This document shows positions 36,561 through 48,756 of a stretch of 64,000 nucleotides of DNA, in pieces; the stretch's first letter is position 1; every line of letters starts with the position of its first letter. The translations under genes were made by a program, and so were the position numbers. This DNA comes from Ascidiella aspersa (taxonomy: Eukaryota). The DNA lies in NCBI GenBank assembly GCA_963924565.1, contig OZ004613.1:6696001-6760000 (forward strand), read 5' to 3'. The notes below the pieces were generated by a model. That model ran no database searches, was not told the DNA's origin, and was given only the letters and a program-made list of their open reading frames with translations.

Positions 36561-36962
36561 ATCATTTAACGAATAAAGCTCCACAGACTGGATTTCTATA
36601 TTTTAGGTTGCCATATTGTTGTTACTAAGCTAATAATTTGACTTGTCGTTAAAATGAATAAATAGCTTCAGAATAGCGACATATTTTAATGGAATAAATG
36701 CCGTGTTGTAAACAAGTCATTTTGAAATGGCTTAAGTCAAAGTCGGGATATTTGTAAAATAACTTAAGTCCAAGTCAAGTCTGTTTGAATAAATACCAAG
36801 TCAAGTCCCAGTTAAGTCATAATTAGAGCAAATCTATTTCAAGTCAAGTCCTTGTCATAAAAATTAAAATTTAATTCTCTACCATTCATGGACAATAATT
36901 CAACTGAAACATAAGAAAAACGCAAAATATATGACAAGCTAATATTTTTACGTACACATATT

Positions 36963-39900
36963 CAATTTAGTTATTTTTGCGTTATGCTTTTGAGACAACT
37001 GCATTTCTGTTCCAAATTTAAAATGGCGCAGGTTGATGATTACTAATATTTTCATAAAAAAACTAAATTAAATTTGTTTTTTGACTAAGTAACTTTTCGG
37101 AGAGTTTGAACTGTGAAGTAGCCCACAGTTGCAACCCAGCAGACTCTACATGTAGTATAAGCCTTACAGGCTCTATGAGTCTACAGAAATCGACATGAAG
37201 TATAAATGTAAGATTCTCAAAATCTATATGTATAATACATTTTTTCAAATAATAAATATTAGTCGAAAAATAATGCTTTGGTGCCTTCTTTTCAAAGATG
37301 TTTCGGATTCGTTGGTTGACCAATAGGCAACATTTGGTAAACATTTCAAATAAAAATTCATTTTCAACATCTTTATTCATTTTCAACATTTTCATCCATT
37401 TTCAACATTTTTATCAATGCAACCTACTTCAGTATGGGCTTTGATATTCTTACTACGTTAGACTACAAACTTTAGTTTTTAAGCATAGCCATTAGAGACA
37501 CCAGTAAATATTGCGCTCTTGGGTACGAAAACGACCCCGACAAGCACTTTCGCTTGGTTAAAGATCTGGAACGAAAAAGTTTAAGCAAGCCATTACCAAC
37601 TTAAGTCAAGTCTGTAGAGATTTGAAAGCACAGCGCATTTAACTTCAGGTTTAGAATGATCATTTTTCCAACTTTTGCAGTCTTATAGATTGTAAAATAT
37701 CATTAGATATTATAAAAATAATAAGCAAAAAACGGTCGCAAAATGCCCTGTCCGCAGCAAAATGTTTTTTATCTTAAATTGCTATATGGTGTTACTCGTA
37801 AACAAGGCTAGTAGACGGCTCGGGATTCGGGAATTAATTACAACTACCTAAGTCCACAGTCTAGAGTGGCTTACACAGTGGCAAGTATGTTCTACCAACC
37901 TATCCTGGTTGCATATGATAACCCTATACGTGTACATTCGTGTCTACCCACTCTATTTTAATACCATTGTTAGAAAGAATATTGCGCTATGGAGAGTCAG
38001 GCTCGAGATTCGAATTTTTTTTAGCCGTATAGTTAAAGCTCTTCTGAAATTGTGCTTTTACATATAAATAACAAACCGGGTGAAAAAATGACAGAAAAGG
38101 GGAAAAAGGCTCAAAATATGAAACTAAAACTTTTTAAGGCGAGCCCAAAACCAATTTAGTTATTTTTGCATTATGCTTTTGAGACAACTGCATTTCTGTT
38201 CCAAATTTAAAATGGCACAGGTTGATAATTACTAATATTTTCATAAAAAAAACTAAATTAAATTTGTTTTTTGACTAAGTAACTTTTCGGAGAGTTTGAA
38301 CTGTGAAGTAGCCCACAGTTGCAACCCAGCAGACTCTGCATGTATAGTATAAGCCTTACAGGCTCTATGAGTCTACAGAAATCGACATGAAGTATAAATG
38401 TAAGATTCTCAAAATCTATATGTATAAAACATTTTTTCAAGTAATAAATATTAGTCGAAAAATAATGCTTTGGTGCCTTCTTTTCAAAGATGTTTCGGAT
38501 TCGTTGGTTGACCAATAGGCAACATTTGGTAAACATTTCAAATAAAAATTCATTTTCAACATCTTTATTCATTTTCAACATTTTCATCCATTTTCAACAT
38601 TTTTATCAATGCAACCTACTTCAGTATGGGCTTTGATATTCTTACTACGTTAGACTACAAACTTTAGTTTTTAAGCATAGCCATTAGAGACACCAGTAAA
38701 TATTGCGCTCTTGGGTACGAAAACGACCCCGACAAGCACTTTTCGCTTGGTTAAAGATCTGGAACGAAAAGGTTTAAGCAAGCCATTACCAACGTTAGTC
38801 AAGTCTGTAGAGATTTGAAAGCACAGCGCATTTAACTTCAGGTTTAGAATGATCATTTTTCCAACTTTTGCAGTCTTATAGATTGTAAAATATCATTAGA
38901 TATTATAAAAATAATAAGCAAAAAACGGTCGCAAAATGCCCTGTCCGCAGCAAAATGTTTTTTATCTTAAATTGCTATATGGTGTTACTTGCAAACAAGG
39001 CTAGTAGACGGCTCGGGATTCGGGAATTAATTACAGCTACCTGAGTCCAGAGTCTAGAGTGGCTTACACAGTGGCAAGTATGTTCTACCAACCTATCGTG
39101 GTTGCATATGATAACCCTATACGTGTACATTCGTGTCTACCCACTCTATTTTAATACCATTGTTAGAAAGAATATTGTGCTATGGAGAGTCAGGCTCGAG
39201 ATTCGAATTTTTTTTTAGCCGTATAGTTAAAGCTCTTCTGAAATTGTGCTTTTACATATAAATAACAAACCGGGGAAAAAATGACAGAAAAGGGGAAAAC
39301 GGCTCAAAATATGAAACTAAACCTTTTTAAGGCGAGCCCAAAAGCAATTTAGTTATTTTTGCATTATGCTTTTGAGACAACTGCATTTCTGTTCCAAATT
39401 ATAATGGCACAGGTTGATAATTACTAATATTTTCATAAAAAAAACTAAATTAAATTTGTTTTTTGACTAAGTAACTTTTCGGAGAGTTTGAACTGTGAAG
39501 TAGCCCACAGTTGCAACCCAGTAGACTCTACATGTAGTATAAGCCTTACAGGCTCTATGAGTCTACAGAAATCGACATGAAGTATAAATGTAAGATTCTC
39601 AAAATCTATATGTATAATACATTTTTTCAAATAATAAATATTAGTCGAAAAATAATGCTTTGGTGCCTTCTTTTCAAAGATGTTTCTGATTCGTTGGTTG
39701 ACCAATAGGCAACATTTGGTAAACATTTCGAATAAAAATTCATTTTCAACATCTTTCTTCATTTTCAACATTTTGATCCATTTTCAACATTTTTATCAAT
39801 GCAACCTACTTCAGTATGGGCTTTGATATTCTTTCTACGTTAGACTACAGCCTTTAGTTTTTAAGCATAGCCATTAGAGACACCAGTAAATATTGCGCTC

Positions 39901-40535
39901 TTGGGTACGAAAACGACCCCGACAAGCACTTTTCGCTTGGTTAAAGATCTGGAACGAAAAAGTTTAAGCAAGCCATTACCAACTTAAGTCAAGTCTGTAG
40001 AGATTTGAAAGCACAGCGCATTTAACTTCAGGTTTAGAATGATCATTTTTCCAACTTTTGCAGTCTTATAGATTGTAAACTATCATTAGATATTATAAAA
40101 ATAATAAGCAAAAAACGGTCGCAAAATGCCCTGTCCGCAGCAAAATGTTTTTTATCTTAAATTGCTATATGGTGTTACTCGTAAACAAGGCTAGTAGACG
40201 GCTCGGGATTCGGGAATTAATTACAGCTACCTAAGTCCACAGTCTAGAGTGGCTTACACAGTGGCAAGTATGTTCTACCAACCTATCGTGGTTTCATATG
40301 ATAACCCTATACGTGTACATTCGTGTCTACCCGCTCTATTTTAATACCATTGTTAGAAAGAATATTGCGCTATGGAGAGTCAGGCTCGAGATTCGAATTT
40401 TTTTTTAGCCGCATAGTTAAAGCTCTTCTGAAATTGTGCTTTTACATATAAATAACGAACCGGGTGAAAAAATGACAGAAAAGGGGAAAAAGGCTCAAAA
40501 TATGAAACTGAACCTTTTTAAGGCGAGCCCAAAAG
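36963..40535 (+). repeat. 1.19-kb spacer unit, 3 tandem copies
   Basis: Unit starts at 36963, 38152 and 39345; next boundary at 40536. Confidence 0.92.
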
Positions 40536-41633
40536 CAATTTAGTTATTTTTGCATTATGCTTTTGTGACAACTGCATTTCTGTTCCAAATTTAAAATGGC
40601 ACAGGTTGATAATTACTAATATTTTCATAAAAAAAACTAAATTAAATTTGTTTTGGGACTAAGTAGTGACAGCCCAGCAGACTCTACATCAGGGTTAAGG
40701 AAAGTTGGCCACCAATGCCTACGGCTTGCACACTTTTTCTGTCCTGTCAGCCGATGTGGATATTTTGATTGATAGCTCATTTACCCCCTAAAACGAGAAA
40801 ATTTATCCCCTGGGGTAAATTTACCCCAGGTTAAGAAAGGCTGCTCTACCTGTAGTATAATCCTTACAGGCTCTACGAGTTTACAAAATCTACATGAAGT
40901 ATAAATGTAAGATTCTCAAAATCTATATGTATAAGACATTTTTTCAAATAATCAATATTAATCTAAAAATAACGCGTTGGTGCCTTCTTTTTAAAGATGT
41001 TCTGATTCGCTGAATGTTACATATTTGCGCAACAAGTTCGACCGAAATCGCAAAGTTTCTTAAATCTTATTAGTTTGTTGCGCAAAATGGTTACGTCATC
41101 TTTGAATATTTTAATTTCGCAGATGTTTTAGGGTATTGCAACACATTAAAGGTTTTGTCAAGCATCGATGTACGTAATCATGGCAAAAGTAGGGTAATAC
41201 AAGCGCTCGTTAAAATTTGCGACATATGTAATTGCAAGGCAGTGTAGCGGCGTTTGTACCCCATAAATTCGTGGCTAAACTTTCACTCTTTGCCGTTGTT
41301 TTTCTATTTATGTCACGTTCTCGTTCAACGCTCATATCATGCGCGATCTCGTTCAATAACTAATTACACGATGACGCAGAGTGCAACTGACTGGTCACAC
41401 GTTCAGATTTACAACGAAGGGCAGCCACAAACAGTTATGCAACTCAGAAAAAAAAAGACTCTAAAATAACAGCACAATTGAAGTGACAAAACTTTGTTAG
41501 GATCAGTTGTCAGCGATAAGAATACATGTAAGGAAGTCAGCGCAAGGAGATTGATACAAAAAAATAAATAATACGGTTGTCGCCATAATTGCATATTATT
41601 TTTTAGGCTGCATCTGTGTTCAGTATTTTTAGT

Positions 41634-42407
41634 ATGGCACCATTAGGTAGATTACAAGGTAAAGTGGCCATTGTCACTGGAGCCGCAGGGGGCATCGGGG
41701 AAGCTATTTGCGAACGTTTTTTGGCCGAAGATGCCAAAGTCATGATGCTGGGTCGGAATGAAGAAAATCTCAAAAATGTTTACGAAAAGTTAGTTGCGAA
41801 GTACAAAGAAAACGTGGCCATGATTCAATGTGACGTAGCTGAAGAGAATTCGGCTTGTGAGGCTTTTACTGCTGTAAGCAAGCAATTCGGAGGGAATTGT
41901 AACGTTTTGGTTAACTGCGCTGGTATTCCCGGCATGTCTCCAATCGTCGAAACAAGCCTGGATTCATTCAATAAGGTATTAAGCGTCAACCTTAAAGGCG
42001 CCTTCACTTTCACGAGAGAGTTCTTACGGCGACTTGAGCTTGCTGAGAACAAGGATTCAACAGGAGCAAGTATAGTTAACATCTCCAGCATTGCAGCCAA
42101 TACAGGATTTGAAAATTTATCTGCCTACGGTGCTTCTAAAGCTGGACTGGTCGCTTTCACAAAGACGACGTGCATTGAGGTGGGAAAATACGGTGTCAGG
42201 TGCAATGCGCTAACGCCAGGTGTAATTGACACAGCTTTCATAAGCGATACCCAAAAGGAACAGTTTGAGACGTTAAAGGCGATGATTCCAATGAGGCGCA
42301 TTGGAAAGCCGATTGAAGTTGCTAATGCTTGTTTGTTCCTGGCAAGCGATGAAAGCTCCTACATTAATGGGGCAACACTTCAAGTATCTGGTGGTTCTAT
42401 GGCGTGA
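41634..42407 (+). CDS. HSD17B8-like: Classical SDR (SDR-15), protein identical to SDR-14
   Basis: Identical translation with a few synonymous differences (gcg/gcc, aat/aac, agc/agt). Confidence 0.88.
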   Translation: MAPLGRLQGKVAIVTGAAGGIGEAICERFLAEDAKVMMLGRNEENLKNVYEKLVAKYKENVAMIQCDVAEENSACEAFTAVSKQFGGNCNVLVNCAGIPGMSPIVETSLDSFNKVLSVNLKGAFTFTREFLRRLELAENKDSTGASIVNISSIAANTGFENLSAYGASKAGLVAFTKTTCIEVGKYGVRCNALTPGVIDTAFISDTQKEQFETLKAMIPMRRIGKPIEVANACLFLASDESSYINGATLQVSGGSMA

Positions 42408-42809
42408 ATCATTTAACGAATAAAGCTCCACAGACTGGATTGCTATATTTTAGGTTGCGTTATTGTTGTTACAAAGCTAATAATTTGACTTGTCGTTAAA
42501 ATGAATAAATAGCTTCAGAATAGCGACATATTTTAATGGAATAAATGCCGTGTTGTAAACAAGTCATTTTGAAATGGCATAAGTCAAAGTCGGGATATTT
42601 GTAAAATAACTTAAGTCCAAGTCAAGTCTGTTTGAATAAATACCAAGTCAAGTCCCAGTTAAGTCATAATTAGAGCAAATCTATTTCAAGTCAAGTCCTT
42701 GTCATAAAAATTAAAATTTAATTCTCTACCATTCATGGACAATAATTCAACTGAAACATAAGAAAAACGCAAAATATATGACAAGCTAATATTTTTACGT
42801 ACATATATT

Positions 42810-45191
42810 CAATTTAGTTATTTTTGCGTTATGCTTTTAAGACAACTGCATTTCTGTTCCAAATTTAAAATGGCGCAGGTTGATGATTACTAATATTTTC
42901 ATAAAAAAACTAAATTAAATTTGTTTTTTGACTAAGTAACTTTTCGGAGAGTTTGAACTGTGAAGTAGCCCACAGTTGCAACCCAGCACACTCTACATGT
43001 AGTATAAGCCTTACAGGCTCTATGAGTCTACAGAAATCGACATGAAGTATAAATGTAAGATTCTCAAAATCTATATGTATAATACATTTTTTCAAATAAT
43101 AAACATTAGTCGAAAAATAATGCTTTGGTGCCTTCTTTTCAAAGATGTTTCGGATTCGTTGGTTGAACAATTGGCAACATTTGGTAAACATTTCAAATAA
43201 AAATTCATTTTCAACATCTTTATTCATTTTCAACATTTTCATCCATTTTCAACATTTTTATCAATGCAACCTACTTCAGTATGGGCTTTGATATTCTTAC
43301 TACGTTAGACTACAGCCTTTAGTTTTTAAGCATAGCCATTAGAGATACCAGTAAATATTGCGCTCTTGGGTACGAAAACGACCCCGACAAGCACTTTCGC
43401 TTGGTTAAAGATCTGGAACGAAAAAGTTTAAGCAAGCCATTACCAAAGTAAGTCAAGTCTGTAGAGATTTGAAAGCACAGCGCATTTAACTTCAGGTTTA
43501 GAATGATCATTTTTCCAACTTTTGCAGTCTTATAGAATCTAGAATATCATTAGATATTATAGAAATAATAAGCAAAAAACGGTCGCAAAATGCCCTGTCC
43601 GCAGCAAAATGTTTTTTATCTTAAATTGCTATATGGTGTTACTTGCAAACAAGGCTAGTAGACGGCTCGGGATTCGGGAATTAATTACAGCTACCTAAGT
43701 CCACAGTCTAGAGTGGCTTACACAGTGGCAAGTATGTTCTACCAACCTATCGTGGTTGCATATGATAACCCTATACGTGTACATTCGTGTCTACCCACTC
43801 TATTTTAATACCATTGTTAGAAAGAATATTGCGCTATGGAGAGTCAGGCTCGAGATTCGAATTTTTTTTAGCCGTATAGTTAAAGCTCTTCTGAAATTGT
43901 GCTTTTACATATAAATAACAAACCGGGTGAAAAAATGACAGAAAAGGGGAAAAAGGCTCAAAATATGAAACTAAACCTTTTTAAGGCGAGCCCAAAACCA
44001 ATTTAGTTATTTTTGCATTATGCTTTTGAGACAACTGCATTTCTGTTCCAAATTTAAAATGGCACAGGTTGATAATTACTAATATTTTCATAAAAAAAAC
44101 TAAATTAAATTTGTTTTTTGACTAAGTAACTTTTCGGAGAGTTTGAACTGTGAAGTAGCCCACAGTTGCAACCCAGTAGACTCTACATGTAGTATAAGCC
44201 TTACAGGCTCTACGAGTCTACAGAAATCGACATGAAGTATAAATGTAAGATTCTCAAAATCTATATGTATAATACATTTTTTTAAATAATAAATATTAGT
44301 CGAAAAATAATGCTTTGGTGCCTTCTTTTCAAAGATGTTTCTGATTCGTTGGTTGACCAATAGGCAACATTTGGTAAACATTTCGAATAAAAATTCATTT
44401 TCAACATCTTTCTTCATTTTCAACATTTTGATCCATTTTCAACATTTTTATCAATGCAACCTACTTCAGTATGGGCTTTGATATTCTTACTACGTTAGAC
44501 TACAACCTTTAGTTTTTAAGCATAGTTATTAGAGACACCAGTAAATATTGCGCTCTTGGGTACGAAAACGACCCCGACAAGCACTTTTCGCTTGGTTAAA
44601 GATCTGGAACGAAAAAGTTTAAGCAAGCCATTACCAACGTTAGTCAAGTCTGTAGAGCTTTGAAAGCACAGCGCATTTAACTTCAGGTTTAGAATGATCA
44701 TTTTTCCAACTTTTGCAGTCTTATAGATTGTAAAATATCATTAGATATTATAAAAATAATAAGCAAAAAACGGTCGCAAAATGCCCTGTCCGCAGCAAAA
44801 TGTTTTTTATCTTAAATTGCTATATGGTATTACTTGCAAACAAGGCTAGTAGACGGCTCGGGATTCGGGAATTAATTACAGCTACCTAAGTCCACAGTCT
44901 AGAGTGGCTTACACAGTGGCAAGTATGTTCTACCAACCTATCGTGGTTGCATATGATAACCCTATACGTGTACATTCGTGTCTACCCACTCTATTTTAAT
45001 ACCATTGTTAGAAAGAATATTGCGCTATGGAGAGTCAGGCTCGAGATTCGAATTTTTTTTTGAGCCGTATAGTTAAAGCTCTTCTCAAATTGTGCTTTTA
45101 CATATAAATAACGAACAGGGTGAAAAAATGACAGAAAAGGGGAAAAAGGCTCAAAATATGAAACTGAACCTATTTAAGGCGAGCCCAAAAG
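42810..45191 (+). repeat. 1.19-kb spacer unit, 2 tandem copies
   Basis: Unit starts at 42810 and 43999; next boundary at 45192. Confidence 0.92.
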
Positions 45192-46275
45192 CAATTTACT
45201 TATTTTTGAAATATGCTTTTGTGACAACTGCATTTCTGTTCCAAATTTAAAATGGCACAGGTTGATAATTACTAATATTTTCATAAAAAAAAACTAAATT
45301 AAATTTGTTTTGGGACTAAGTAGTGACAGCCCAGCAGACTCTTCATCAGGGGTAAGGAAAGTTGGCCACCAATACCTACGGCTTGCACACTTTTTCTGTC
45401 CTGTCAGCCGATGTGGATATTTTGATTGATAGCTCATTTACCGCCTAAAACGAGAAAATTTATCCCCTGTGGTAAATTTTCCCCAGGTTAAGAAAGGCTG
45501 CTCTACATGCAGACTCTACGAGTTTACAAAATTTACATGAAGTATAAATGTAAGATTCACAAAATCTATATGTATAAGACATTTTTTCAGATAATCAATA
45601 TTAATCTAAAAATAACGCGTTGGTGCCTTCTTTTTAAAGATGTTCTGATTCGCTGAATGTTACATATTTGCGCAACAAGTTGGACCGAAATCAAAGTTTC
45701 TTAAATCTTATTAGTTTGTTGCGCAAAATGGTTACGTCATCTTTGAATATTTTAATTTCGCAGATGTTTTAGGGTATTGCGACACATTAAAGGTTTTGTC
45801 AAGCATCGATGTACGTAATCATGGCAAAAGTAGGGTAATACAAGCGCTCGTTAAATTTTGCGACATATGTAATTGCAAGGCAGTGTAGCGGCGTTTGTAC
45901 CCCATAAATTCGTGGCTAAACTTTCACTCTTTGCCGTTGTTTTTTCTATTTATGTCACGTTCTCGTTCAACGCTCATATCATGCGCGATCTCGTTCAATA
46001 ACTAGTTACACGATGACGCAGAGTGCAACTGACTGGTCACACGTTCAGATTTACAACGAAGGGCAGCCACAAACAGTTATGCAACTGAGAAAAAAAAAGA
46101 CTCTAAAATAACAGCACAATTGAAGTGACAAAACTTTGTTAGGATCAGTTGTCAGCGATAAGAATACATGTAAGGAAGTCAGCGCAAGGAGATTGATACA
46201 AAAAAATAAGTAATACGGTTGTCGCCATAATTGCATATTATTTTTTAGGCTGCATCTGTGTTCAGTATTTTTAGT

Positions 46276-47052
46276 ATGGCACCATTAGGTAGATTACAAG
46301 GTAAAGTGGCCATTGTCACTGGAGCCGCAGGGGGCATCGGGGAAGCTATTTGCGAACGTTTTTTGGCCGAAGATGCCAAAGTCATGATGCTGGGTCGGAA
46401 TGAAGAAAATCTCAAAAATGTTTACGAAAAGTTAGTTGCGAAGTACAAAGAAAATGTGGCCATGATTCGATGCGATGTAGCTGAAGAGAATTCGGCTTGT
46501 GAGGTCTTTACTGCTGTTAAAAAGCAATTCGGACAGAATTGCAATGTTCTGGTTAATAATGCTGCTGTCTTGTCAGTGTCGTCGATCGTTGACACAACCA
46601 TGGATTCATTCAACCAAGCATTGGACGTCAACCTGAACGGCGTCTTTATCTATACAAAGGAATTTCTCAAGCGGCTCAAACTTACCGAGGGTCAAAATGC
46701 AGCAGGCGCAAACATCGTTAACGTCACCAGCATGGCGGGTAGGCTGGGATTCAAAGATTGCTCTGCCTACTCTGCTTCTAAAGGTGGAGTGGATGCTTTC
46801 ACAAAGACGACATGCATTGAGGTGGCAAGGTTCGGTGTCAGGTGCAATGGGGTTTCGCCCTGTGTTATTGATACTCCATTGCTACACCGCTCGTTTAACA
46901 AAGCCTATATCGATGCTGTCAAGCCAATGATTCCGATGGGGCGCTTTGGAAAGCCGGTAGAAGTTGCTAATGCTTGTTTGTTCCTGGCAAGCGATGAAAG
47001 CTCTTACATCGATGGAGCGATCTTAGAAATATCTGGTGGTTTTATGGCCTAA
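46276..47052 (+). CDS. HSD17B8-like: Classical SDR, HSD17B8/FabG-like (SDR-16), 258 aa, NADP-type
   Basis: Intact, YSASK; the first 64 residues are identical to SDR-14/15 and the C-terminal two thirds are distinct. Confidence 0.92.
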   Translation: MAPLGRLQGKVAIVTGAAGGIGEAICERFLAEDAKVMMLGRNEENLKNVYEKLVAKYKENVAMIRCDVAEENSACEVFTAVKKQFGQNCNVLVNNAAVLSVSSIVDTTMDSFNQALDVNLNGVFIYTKEFLKRLKLTEGQNAAGANIVNVTSMAGRLGFKDCSAYSASKGGVDAFTKTTCIEVARFGVRCNGVSPCVIDTPLLHRSFNKAYIDAVKPMIPMGRFGKPVEVANACLFLASDESSYIDGAILEISGGFMA

Positions 47053-48575
47053 AGAGTTCACCCGGTAACGAAAGGCTGGCGATCCTTGTGTATAAATATT
47101 ATTAAATGCTTATAACTAATGTGGAAAATGTATATTATTCGATGCTTATAACTAATGCGGAAAAATGTAAGTCATTTCGCTTTTCACGATGCTAATAAAC
47201 TTATTACCTAATGACATTTTATTGTGTACAAAAGGGACTGGATTTCTTTCTGAAACACATTCTACCGGTTACGTTTGTACTTATGTAGCACTGTTTTTAA
47301 TTAATTACTTACTTCTATTATAATAGAAAAAAACTAAATAAAATTTGTTTTGGGGCTAAGAAACTACGCGGAGAACAGTAAAGTAGAGCCAACGGTGGCA
47401 GCTAAGCAACCTCATCCATGTAGTAATGTGGTATAAACCCCAGCAGGCTTTTCTCACGTTTGTTACCAACAGGGGTTGCCAACTACTTTTTGTTTTACAA
47501 CCACCAACAGTGACTCTTCTTCTTCCTCTTCTGCACGAATTTAATAATTTATCCCCCTAAAATTCCTTTTAACTAACTTAATTAACTAACGTTTCAAAAT
47601 TTGATAAAGATGACTATAGTATCAAAGCACTCCGAGCAATAAAATCAATAAAATTATAATCAATGTTACAAAATTGAGTATTAAACTCAATAAAATTACT
47701 TCTAGCTAAACGTTGCAGCAATTCCTGTTAGTCATTTTACTGGAATATGGTTAATAATTTTATCAGAATGTATGATGTTTTTGTGGTATTTCTGGGATAC
47801 CGTAAGTCACTTGCATTTGTGCAATGCACCGTAGATACAAAAGACATCCAAAAATGGTAGCAGGCCACTGACATTACTCAAAAATCCCACGGTGGCTGCG
47901 TTACCAGATAACAGAAACAATTAATTATACGCACTTCCATCATTATACTGTAAATAAGTCACCAATATAGTGACCGCTTTTGGAGACATTAAGAAAACAT
48001 ACGGCTCGCCGACAAAAGAGTCGACCACAATTTAAGCCTTTTAAGGCATCAAAAATAAAGGGGCCTATAGGTCGCTAACATAGTTGCCATAATTTGAATT
48101 AATGTTCACTCTGCAGTCCTGATCACTAAGTCAGGTTCAGAAGGGCGGGCACAAGGCATTCCTTCCGAAAATATATTTCGTCCATTTTTTAGTTCGCAAA
48201 TAAAATTTTGGCAAATAAAATTTTCGTTTGTAAACAGTTTGCAGTTGGAATTAATTTCATAAGTTTGTTTTTTAAGCATATTTTTAGCCCAAGATTGGTT
48301 AACACTAGGTGCGTTTTGAACCTGCGTTATATTTAGATGTTAAGCGCTATAGCGCCACCCAGTTCACACATAACGAGTCGCTAACAAGGGTTACAAAAAG
48401 CGAACTCGATTTTTTGTCAATTTCGTCAAGAAATTCAAACAGACAAGGTTTCGACCATGGAGTGAAAAGCCCTTCTCGCTTGGCTGCGATTATGCGTCTG
48501 AAGAAACCAGTCCTAATGTAACTCATCCATATTTTAATCTTTTGCAGCGATACGCTTTTGTGTTTCAGGTTTAAA

Positions 48576-48700
48576 ATGGCGAAACTTGGTAGATTACACG
48601 GAATTGGGAAAGCTATTTGCGAACGTATTCTAGACGAAGGTTTCAAAGTCATGATGATGAATTTGAATAAAAAAATTTTGGAGGTGTTTTCGAAAAACAT
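48576..48700 (+). pseudogene. Old SDR 5' fragment (SDR-17f)
   Basis: tgtgtttcag|gtttaaaATG, MAKLGRLH-GIGKAICERILDEGFKVMM with a 33-nt deletion; end approximate. Confidence 0.8.
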
Positions 48701-48756
48701 AACAAATCACTTTTGCAAGAGAGTTTCACAGAATTTTTAACACATATGTGTGTGCA

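Larger units (their letters stand above)
33101..46470 (+). repeat. Recent triple tandem of the SDR-13-to-SDR-16 spacer plus hybrid genes (periods 3460, 5847 and 4642 bp)
   Basis: Near-identical 3' flanks after 33100, 36560 and 42407, and near-identical promoters before 35787, 41634 and 46276. Confidence 0.92.

Noticed and set aside
33614-44426. Recurrent 108-110-aa minus-strand ORF (MLKMKKDVENEFLF...)
   Set aside because: It recurs only because the 1.19-kb unit is duplicated. It is frameshifted in the 38258 copy, interrupted by a MITE in the older copy, and has no recognisable domain.
614-46930. Short ORFs antisense to or overlapping the SDR genes (e.g. ..[14 protein letters not shown]..)
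   Set aside because: Shadows of the conserved SDR coding strand.
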